A stretch of 62,052 bases of DNA, the filler included, from Dugesia japonica (lineage: Eukaryota), in NCBI GenBank assembly GCA_001938525.1. It is 6 parts of 6 records of this genome, joined end to end, with 100 filler letters (N's around TTAATTAATTAA, not from the genome) between each part and the next. Parts side by side here need not be neighbours in the genome. Positions count along the whole stretch, not along the records: positions 29,199 to 42,642 come from MQRL01588633.1; positions 42,743 to 51,914 come from MQRL01327549.1; 4 more parts are not named here. The stretch is one strand, 5' to 3'. The translations under genes were made by a program, and so were the position numbers. The notes beneath the pieces are model-generated. The model saw only the letters and a list, made by a program, of their open reading frames with translations, had not been told where the DNA came from and did no database searches. Shown here in pieces: positions 34,746 through 44,195 of the stretch. Numbering within the stretch: the first letter of the stretch is position 1; the number at the start of each line of letters is the position of its first letter.

Positions 34746-35191
34746 ACACCCTACACAAAATATGTTAAAATTCTATATCATTATTTATATATATTTTTAT
34801 TTATATTATAAGCTACTAACACATGTGGCAGTATGTNNNNNNNNNNNNNNNNNNNNNNNNNNNNNNNNNNNNNNNNNNNNNNNNNNGCGTTATCGGCGTC
34901 GTAATGCCCCACAAATTCCAAATTATGTCCAATGGACATTGGTCTGAACACCCTACACAATATATGTTAAAATTCTATATCATTATTTATATATATTTTT
35001 ATTTATATTATAAGCTACTAACACATGTGGCAGTGTGTAGGACTAGCCAGTCCTTAAAATAAAAAGTTAATCATTACATCGTTTTAGAAACAACAACTCA
35101 AACAAAGATATCAGAAACAAGCCAGATCAATCAATACATTATAGTATATAACAGACAAATCACGAAATACCATTCATTTACATACTACATA

Positions 35192-37258
35192 ATGCAGTCA
35201 AAGCAGCACGCTACACACAATCAACAGTCGAACAATAATGTACAGAGAACACAACAATATGAACAAGCAAGTCATAGCATAAAAAGCAAAGAGAACAGGA
35301 GTAACGAATTAATACAGTCAATGCACAATAAATCTACACACCCGGCAAACATCCCTTCATCTTCATCCTTAATCACAAAAGGTGTCGCGCATTTTTATAA
35401 TCATATACCAAGTTTTGTGTTCAAAGATAAAGATAGTGAACCTAGAATAGAAGTATTTAACGGTGTAAATACAATCCCGAATGTCTTAAAAAACAACAAT
35501 TTTGATAAAGATATCATTATGATACGATTTCAAAAGGCTCAGAGAAACTCAATACAACAATTGATAGGATAAATAGAAATAGAGAAAGATCCACAAGAAG
35601 CACTGTTAAATGGCAAACGAATACTTAAAGAAATTAGATTACATGTTACAAAGACTCCTATTATATTCTCGTACAGAAAAAGAGATATCCATATCTTGGC
35701 AAACAAAACACTGATATTAGACGGAAAAAAGATCCAGGAGTGAACAACATAAAAATTGCGATACAGGACATTCCAGCCGTTCTTTGTGTAGAATTAATTT
35801 ATCATGAACGCATTCCTGTACCTTTTCCTACATATACTGCTATAAAAGGACATTGCCCAGTGGACTATATAGACCTAATTAACCATACATCGTCCTTAAA
35901 ATATGCAATTTTAACAGAACCTGATATTGAACAATTAATAGTATATGTAGATATGATAACAGTCAAAGATTCATATTTCAATTTGCAAGTGGTAGAATTA
36001 ACTATATTAAATAATAAAGGAGAAATTATATTGGATGAAACCCTATGTCCACGAGAAAGGATAATACATTTTGGCACGCCAAGTACAGGGTATACCCATG
36101 AAAAGATAAAGAAATATAAAGATGCATACCCTACAATTTTGAAGGCACGACAGCTGCTGTATGGAAAAATACTTGTCGGCTTTGAATTAGGAAATAAATT
36201 AACGAGTTTACATATTGACCACAGACATGTTATTGGTATCAAGGATCTTACGGAAGACAGATGGCGTAGGATGTATACTCCAAATATCAAAAAGTTAAAA
36301 TTGATCAACCTTATGGAGGTAGTATTCAAATCCATGAAGCAGGATAGAGTAATCGAGGATATGTTAGAAACAGCGAGAGAAAAAGCACAAGAATCGACAG
36401 CCAAACGGATAACATTTATAAAGATTACATATAAACAGTTAATTACTCAGCAACCGTGGAAAGATTCTATATACCCTGGTAGTAATCCGGGTATGAAAGG
36501 TATTGAAAATAATGAGCCAAAATTGCCAGAAGTCATGATAAGAGAAAAGGAGAAACCAGATAGTGTGGTATGGATATTGGACTCTGAACAAGATTCGGAT
36601 ATAAAAGATAATGAAGAAGAGACAGATGGAAGTACAGATAGTAGATACGATGAGAATAATGGCATAGATACAGAGTGGGACGAGGAAGACTTACCAGAAG
36701 AACTCAGACCGCATAACGACACTGGGGAACAGCGGAGACTGATAGAGGATATAATACGACGAAATCCTAGGATGGTACAGACAGATATGGACGCATCTGA
36801 AGGTGATGATGTTCCAGAACGGGCAATGTCACAAAAAGAACAAAGGGAGGCTGAAAGTGAAACTGAATACTGGTCAGGTGAAGAGGTAGAAGATCTTAGT
36901 TTAGATCAAGTACGATGAGATTGTGAAGGAATACCGCATCATATGGATAGCGACAGTGATGACCTCGGTCCTGAGCCACAAATTGATATATATGACCCTA
37001 GTACGGACACATTCAATTTGAATAAAGCCCTCAAAATAGATAAGTGGGATGGAAATATTAGCAGTGCAAAAAATAACTTTGAAAAGGATATCGGGTAAAG
37101 ATATGCAACTACAATTTGGAAAGAAACGCATTAGATTGACAACCATTAAAGAAGGCAGTAAGAAGACATAAACGTTTGTCGTTGAAAATGTTTTGCTAAA
37201 CACCATTGCGGTAACAGAAAAGGGTGCCACACTTACACTATCCATTAACAATGATTAA
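35192..37258 (+). pseudogene. Accessory ORF with a REX4/ISG20-like DEDDh exonuclease fold (catalytic residues altered) and an acidic region
   Basis: LTILNNKGEIILD...P...I..F.T..TG, LLYGKILVG..L.N.L..L, IKDLT; continuity across stops and shifts from 35192 is inferred. Confidence 0.75.
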
Positions 37259-37334
37259 AATATATATTATCTGTATTTAGTATTGCTATTATAGTTTTCT
37301 CTTTATACTTATTATTGACATTATATATTTTAGA

Positions 37335-38597
37335 ATAAATTGCAATTTTCAATCCCAAAAACTATTTTTATTAAACAAAGCACACATACCACTATATGAA
37401 AAACACAGAAATCTCACAAACCCTTACAACTACTGCTGGCAAGATATTGCATTAATTACCTTGTTCACCGAAGAAAATCCCGTATGTCCCCTATGTTATG
37501 ATCAACCTGTGGTACCCCGAATAGCACCTTGTGGACACTTCTTTTGCTTCGCTTGCATAAACCAGTATTTTCATGTTACCAACTCTGATAACGTACCTTG
37601 TCCTTCTTGTAGGACACAGAAAATATATGACACTAAACTCAAACGCGCCAGTTTTTGTTACATTAATAAGCCTCGTGTCGAACAGTTTATTTCATTTACT
37701 CTCCTGATTAAAATGCCTGATAATAATAGCACACGCTTTGCTCATCTTACTCCTGTAATTCAGCAGATAGATGTCCCTAGTTGTTGCAACCCCATTAGCA
37801 AGTTCCAAGAAATCTGCATCCAATCCGATTCTTTATCAATAAAACAGATTAACAATGATATTAGAACAATTAGTTATGGCCAGTTAGCTGCAGCGCAAAA
37901 AAAGAAATTGATAAAAATACTTAAAACAGAAAGAACACATTTCACATTTAATATTAAAATTCTTGATAAGTTGGAACACGAAAAGTCGTTTACGGATAGA
38001 ACCCGGAATACAGACAAGTTTAATCTTCTCGTCCATCACCCTACATTATCGAACGTAAGATTATTTTATCAAACAGCTATCTATTCACGAACTTTTCTCA
38101 ATAGTGTGCAGACGAAACGACTTTTGAAAAATCAATCGGAAGATATTCCTTTTCGCATGGGTGGTTTCATCACGGTCATAGAAGTAGCTATTGATCACCA
38201 TTTAGATATAGATAAAATATATCATTTCCTGCCTAATCAAACGAAAATAAGACTCGTGACGATCCGAATGGACACTTCCTCCACATCAAGACATTTTGGT
38301 CCTTTGAGTTATCTATACATTCATGCTAATATAACAAGGCTAGCTATGAAGAGGCGTAATAAAGAATTGCAAGACATCGCAAACGAGAGTAAAGCTAGGA
38401 AGGGTCGACCAGCCCGGATACTCACCCATCGTGCCAATACAAACAAAATAGATATTTTTTCTAGAAGTCCTTCTGTTTCCCCATCCTTCATAAATCTAGA
38501 AGATAATTTCCCAGCGTGTATTTTTAATGAACCTTGTTCCGATAACACCATTTCATCATTCCAAGATATTGCCTGTCCTTATTTCGCGTTTACCTAA
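37335..38597 (+). CDS. RNF10/Mag2-like C3HC4 RING E3 ligase
   Basis: NCNF...P....W.DI......CPLC...P..PRIAPCGH.FCFACI.QY......CP.C; the frame is open back to a TTTTAG acceptor at 37333. Confidence 0.75.
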   Translation: MNCNFQSQKLFLLNKAHIPLYEKHRNLTNPYNYCWQDIALITLFTEENPVCPLCYDQPVVPRIAPCGHFFCFACINQYFHVTNSDNVPCPSCRTQKIYDTKLKRASFCYINKPRVEQFISFTLLIKMPDNNSTRFAHLTPVIQQIDVPSCCNPISKFQEICIQSDSLSIKQINNDIRTISYGQLAAAQKKKLIKILKTERTHFTFNIKILDKLEHEKSFTDRTRNTDKFNLLVHHPTLSNVRLFYQTAIYSRTFLNSVQTKRLLKNQSEDIPFRMGGFITVIEVAIDHHLDIDKIYHFLPNQTKIRLVTIRMDTSSTSRHFGPLSYLYIHANITRLAMKRRNKELQDIANESKARKGRPARILTHRANTNKIDIFSRSPSVSPSFINLEDNFPACIFNEPCSDNTISSFQDIACPYFAFT

Positions 38598-38618
38598 AGA
38601 TGACGGAGCAACTTTTTC

Positions 38619-39496
38619 GGAGAAGGAACGTTTGTTGAGGTTTGAATAGTTTAAACAGACAAGCAACACACAATAAACATAGCAGAGCAAAATTTATACA
38701 ACACACAATAAACATAGCAGAGCAAATTTCCTAAATCAATTAGTTAACTCAAGTCCTCAAATCAATATCAATCCCTGAAAAATCAATCCAACTCAAATGT
38801 GTTGACATTATATTTGAAAAAATGTGCTGACATTATATTTTATTGTGACATCATATTTTATTTGGAATTTCAATTTTATTGTGACATTATATTGTATTGT
38901 GACATTATATTTTATTTGGAATTTCATGAAAATTTGGATTATTCGAAAATATATTGATTTTATTGTATAAACAATTTAGACTATTAGTTAATGTTAAGAA
39001 TTTTATTGTATAAACAATTATGGCATATAATTTATTTTACGACGAATTAATAATCATGGAAATTTTTTATGAAAAATTTTATTGGATATAATTTATTTTA
39101 TGTAAACTAATAATCATGTAAGTAATTTATATGGAAAATTTTATGTAAACACTAGGTCAATGCATGAAGGCCTAGTGTGAATTTTACCATAAATACTGAC
39201 GTATGTCAGTTTATTGTTCAGAAAAAATTTAATTTAGAGAACCTATCTCTTTCTCTACTTTAAAATTAAACTGAGCGATATAAGTGTAATTATCCTAATC
39301 AAAATGTCAATTATAGAAGTATGAGTTGTGTTTTTATTTTAAATGTGGAAATTTACATAAATCAGTTATTTATATTTTTGCTTAAACTATATTCTTATAT
39401 AATAGTTGTATTTACACACACACAAAGGAAAATTTTGAGTCTCCCAAAAAAATTCATTATTGAACATTATACCTTATTGTTTTTAAATTCTTACCA
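38619..39496 (+). repeat. Polypurine tract and putative 3' LTR
   Basis: GGAGAAGGAA then TGTTGAG at 38633; internal direct repeats; CATAAATA plus TCAGT initiator-like site near 39190; right end uncertain. Confidence 0.6.
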
Positions 39497-39506
39497 TAAA
39501 ATCTTT

Positions 39507-39997
39507 TGTTGAGTTAGATACCCAACAGTATTAATGCTGTTATCGTTTATAGTGCATTCTTATCTTAAACGCTCGGTGGCTCCGACCAAAAAGGTGCGGG
39601 AATCTAGCGAAGATCTCGAAATGAAATGGAATCTGTAAAAGCTGGCCAAACGCCGTTGGGAAACCGACACTTTTACGGCAGAAAGCAAAGTTAAACGTTA
39701 CAAGTCGAAACGTATAGCCTTTAGGAAGGAAAGAATGTGTAAAACACAAATAGAATCGTTCACGGAAATCATCTGGTCCCTCTATGACCGTGAGAATAAA
39801 CTTGTGCATGACATTCTTGAATTAAGGAGAATACCGCTTGAGCCACTTATGATAGATAAGGGTACTCAAACCTCGAGCCACTGAGCTCTACCTCTGTTGT
39901 TCATTTGTAAATAAAATACTCCTTGAATTTGTACTAATTTATTTTGTCTTGACTTGATGGCTTTATTGGCATAATTGAAATTATGATATATTCAATA
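39507..39997 (+). repeat. Possible second (solo) LTR, or the distal part of the same LTR
   Basis: TGTTGA...TCAATA ends; AATAAA near 39910; no clear TSD. Confidence 0.4.
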
Positions 39998-40594
39998 AAA
40001 TTTTTATCTTAACGGTTATTGTTTGTTTAGTGCCTCGTATCCAACTACCTACTATTCTGCGCAAATGTCATCGTTTAATACAGAAGTTACTTTTGGAAAG
40101 GCATAATAAACGCCAAAATAAATGCGCCCTCTTAAGAAACCTCACACAAAGAAATCGATTGATCAAAAAACTCGATGTGATATTTAAAAAACAAGGCGAT
40201 TTGGCCGAACAGGCAAAACAGATCCTGAATCATAAAATACAGTTTCTGCAGCAATATATAAATGTGGATTCGCTGGAATAGCGAGGATGATGATGCCACT
40301 TTTTTTTGATTCGAATGTATTCTAAAATTGTTTTTGATAAATTAAAAGAAAAGGAAATTGTTGAACCCGAAACAAAGATATACGTGGGTGCACCTCAAAT
40401 AAATGTTGGAGATCAACCGCTCTATACCGAACATCTAAATAGGGACTTTAGATTAAATTCTTGAAAGGGTCCCCTGAGGGCTGTTTTTCCCAGCCGTACT
40501 TTTTCTACCACAAACTTAGGTGGGATCCCAACACTTTTTTTATTTCTGAAAACTGGGTATTTCACACAAACATTATTATTAGAAAAATAATTAT

Positions 40595-40706
40595 TAATAT
40601 TATTGCTATTATAATCCAAATTATTGCGAGAATAATTGTTGGACTTAAAAATTGATCGCATTTGAGATTTCATCAAAATAAAGAAAAAGCTTCGATCAAA
40701 ATAAAA
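40595..40706 (-). repeat. Hairpin-repeat family copy
   Basis: Reverse complement of 9863-9959. Confidence 0.8.
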
Positions 40707-40749
40707 TGTATTTTTATGGGAATTTTCGACTGTTGTCTTCTTCGGGTAT

Positions 40750-40935
40750 ATGATCAGCCCAGACTTAGCTCCATCAGATAATCACTTATTTCGGTCAATG
40801 AGTCATTTTCTGATTGGCAAGAAATTTAATTCAGTAACACATATCAAAAGTGGAGTCATTGAGTTTTTGCAGTCCAAGCCACCAGAATGGTATCAGAAAG
40901 GAATCCAAAATTTAGCTGATAGATGGTTAAATACC
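40750..40935 (+). pseudogene. mariner transposase C-terminus
   Basis: SPDLAPSD.HLFRSM...Y..GI..L..RW. Confidence 0.9.
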
Positions 40936-41064
40936 NNNNNNNNNNNNNNNNNNNNNNNNNNNNNNNNNNNNNNNNNNNNNNNNNNNNNNNNNNNNNNNNN
41001 NNNNNNNNNNNNNNNNNNNNNNNNNNNNNNNNNNNNNNNNNNNNNNNNNNNNNNNNNNNNNNNN

Positions 41065-42400
41065 GATGAATTTAGTAGGTGATAAAGTGTATTTAGTGAG
41101 AATTACGAAAGTATATTATAGGGATTAAATGTGATAGAGTTCATTAGATTTAATAGGGATATTAGACTCGTTTGATTCATTGCATGTATTATGTGGTACT
41201 TGGTTTATGATATGTATTGGTTGAATTTGATGAATAAGATGTAATAAATAGATTGACTTTATTGAACAAACTAACCAATCAGATTAAATGATTTAAGTAA
41301 ACTAATAATCGATTGTATTAAATAAATGACATAGCTGAATAAATTTTATTGACCAATTAAGTGAGTGGATCATAATTACATGCATATTGAGTGTTTGTAT
41401 AATTATAGATTGAATGGTAATACTGATCGTATATTAGATTTTAGATTTAGATCTGTTTACATTTGTGTATATGTATTAGATTCATGAAATGTATTGAATT
41501 TATTAGATGATTCGGTTAAATATATGTATTAAGTTATTGAGTTCATTGATTTTATATAGTTTATTGAGTGTATTAATTTAAATGAATACATTGAGGGACT
41601 CTATTAATATGTTCATAGTAAATATAGTGTGATTAATAAATTAAATGATGAATTGATAAAGTTGAACTAAATATATATTAAGTAAGTTGAAGTCGAATTA
41701 ATTGGTTTGAAATGATAATTTATCAGGTTTAAGCAGATTGAGTGTAAAATTTATGAGTTAAAAGAGTAAATTGACGATTTTAATAGTGTAGTTTGAGAGA
41801 TTGAATTAAGTAAATGGAGTATGCGAATGAAATATTTTCTATACTTCTATTTAATTTCTGAAAAATATTATTCACTTCTATATGTTTGTTAAATCTGAAC
41901 TAATAAGTTATCAGAATGGAATTAACTGGGATTAAATTCTAATGCACCGGGTCACAATATTTCAACAAATTGTTTATTGAGTGTATTTATTTTAATCGGT
42001 ATAACAGGCTTACAAAATATAATTATTGAATAAATTAATTGTATAATGGTTAGTTGTATTTGAAATCTGGTTATATTTGTTTGAAATTACCGTAAACTTA
42101 TAATGTTGGTACCTATATTCTTGTAAAAATTTAGATTTATGTAGAATTGTATAAAATGAGTAAATATATATTGTATTGAAACTTAATATTTATTTTAATG
42201 AAATCTACATTAATCATTGATTGATTATTTTAGATAATAGAAAATCTTATTTTCTATGACGACTCGTATATATTCTGAAATAAAACCTGTATAATCTGTA
42301 TATTTTGAGATGAATCATGTATTTCCACGACGAAGTGTCTATTTCCTATGATGAAGTGACTATTCTTTATCTATGGATATTAAAATTCACACAATTGGCA
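41065..42400 (-). pseudogene. Possible heavily decayed leucine-rich-repeat gene
   Basis: Scattered LNLKSN, INLFNN and IL.PGAL-like words on the minus strand; strong strand bias; no long ORF. Confidence 0.25.
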
Positions 42401-42642
42401 ATGATTATTATACAGTTGACTCTTATTCTCGTATTGTACTTATATTGAACCTATATTGTACTTATATTACGCATGTATGAGTAAAAATTCATAGCTGAAT
42501 AGATTAAATCGGTTTGAATGACTAATTGTTGTTTCTGATGGATTAATTGATTATAATTTAGATGTTTTTCATAGAATCAATTAATACCTATATGAATAAC
42601 GCATATTTTGTACAAAGAAAATGTTACATTTTAGCAAACTTA

Positions 42643-42742
42643 NNNNNNNNNNNNNNNNNNNNNNNNNNNNNNNNNNNNNNNNNNNNTTAATTAATTAANN
42701 NNNNNNNNNNNNNNNNNNNNNNNNNNNNNNNNNNNNNNNNNN
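42643..42742. other. Artificial scaffold linker
   Basis: 44 N + TTAATTAATTAA + 44 N. Confidence 0.97.
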
Positions 42743-42780
<38 letters not shown>

Positions 42781-42857
42781 TTTATTAAAAAACATATTGA
42801 ACAAATTGGTTTGATCTAAATAACTTGAAAAAACGCAATTTTTAAAAACAATTTTTC

Positions 42858-42900
42858 GTAAGACATGTTTCGGGCAAATCTATGTCCATCATCCGTTACT
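42858..42900 (-). ncRNA. Minimal type I hammerhead ribozyme (Penelope-associated), one core substitution
   Basis: GTAA CGGATGA T GGACA-TAGATT-TGCCC GAA ACATGT C TTAC. Confidence 0.75.
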
Positions 42901-42918
42901 GCGGTAAAATAAGAAGAA

Positions 42919-43060
42919 AATTTCATTAAAATAACGAAAAAGCTTCGATTAAAAATAACTATATTTATTATTGATCTAAGCCTGTTTTATTTTAATGAAA
43001 TATCAAACGCGGTCAATGGTTAAGTCTAACAATTATTCTCAATATAATTATAATTATAAA
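42919..43060 (+). repeat. Hairpin-repeat family copy (diverged, both arms)
   Basis: Imperfect version of the 24166-24273 hairpin plus the CAATGGTTAAGTC tail. Confidence 0.8.
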
Positions 43061-43139
43061 AGAAGGAAATTGTTTAGATACTGGCCAATAAAACACGTTA
43101 CGTAATCAATCCAATAAAATAAGATTAAAATAAATTTTA

Positions 43140-44195
43140 AAATGAATGTGTGTCAATTTGAGTATTAAGAATCGGATTATGCAACCCAATTCTCAAAGCC
43201 TCACACGCAATTCTTTCAAAATAGTTGTTCAAAACTGTAAACTCATCAATGCTTATGCTTTCTTTTCTATTTTTGCAGCAATAGGCATGATCTAAAACCT
43301 AAAATTTCCTACTCAATTACATATCTTCGCTAAAACGTGTACAAAGATGACGCTTTGTCTCTCCAATGTACGTGGCATCACACCGGTTACAATTAAATTG
43401 ATAAACTAGGTTAACGAGCAAAGTCTTTAGTGTAGTAGATTAGTTACTTAAATAACTTGAAGTGTTTTTTGAAGTGAAAATGAATCTAAATTTATTATCA
43501 TCAAAGTATTTCACTAGGAAGCATTTTAATGATTTAGATCCTTCCGAGAATGGTAGTTTTATAGTTATTTTTTCTTGATTATGGTTAATGTTTTCTTCTT
43601 GGTTATTATTTGATGTTGAGCACAGTTTGTTTAGAGTACTTCTTATATTATTATGAATCAAATTTTGATTATATTCATTAGCTCGAAGACTACTATCTAA
43701 TTTGTTCAGACCATCATCAGCAATCTAAAAACTTGATGATATACACCACACTCGATGTACCAAATCATTTATTAATCCATTCTTATATCGATCATCACAA
43801 AAACCTTTAAGTGTAGAATAAAGTCTTATGTCTGTTGGTTTTTTATTAAGTGAGGTATTATAGTTGCAACTCTGTCTACAAACAAGAACATCTAAGAATT
43901 GTAGTTTACCTTCTTTTTCAACTTCTATACTGAATTTCATATTTTGATGAAGACTGTTTATATATTAAAGGAAAGATAGTATATCATCTTAGTCTTTAAA
44001 AATAAGGAAGATATCATCTACGTATCTTTTGTATTCTGTGGGTTGATTAATGGAAGAATTAGTAATTCGTGACTCTATTTTAGACAAAAATAAGGATTCT
44101 AATGTCGGTGTCAACGGAGAATTTATTGCAACACCATCTTTCTGAGTGAATCAATCATTATTAAATAAAAAATTAACATCTTTACAGCAAAAAGT
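43140..44195 (-). pseudogene. Penelope-like element RT-GIY-YIG, 5'-truncated
   Basis: QKDGVA..SPL, YKRYVDDIF, KFSIE.E....L.FLDV, VYQF.C..C...YIGET.RHL..R, EAL.I....P.LN.Q. Confidence 0.92.

Larger units (their letters stand above)
29199..39496 (+). mobile_element. Ty3/gypsy retrovirus-like element, 5'-truncated by the scaffold end: env-PR-RT-RH-IN-membrane protein, exonuclease-like ORF, RING ORF, PPT, 3' LTR
   Basis: All ORFs co-oriented; PR-RT-RH-IN order; the only PPT/LTR start seen is after the RING ORF (38619-38640). Confidence 0.85.

Noticed and set aside
34685-35040. About 150-bp tandem duplication resembling a short LTR or repeat
   Set aside because: The copies sit on either side of a 50-N gap and differ at about two positions, typical of unmerged overlapping contig ends.
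30171-36918. Alternative genetic code or systematic readthrough to explain the in-frame stops
   Set aside because: All three stop types occur, several at conserved Trp/Gln codons one transition away, and frameshifts are also present. Ordinary decay explains this; only the Env-PR stop remains worth testing.
35865-37251. Antisense ORFs (35865-36404, 36447-36722, 36901-37251), likewise 30497-30820
   Set aside because: Mirror frames of the + strand coding sequence with no motifs.
40030-40560. Short ORF 40030-40281 and adjacent coding-like sequence as part of the gypsy element
   Set aside because: Lies beyond the LTR-like region and has no recognisable motif.
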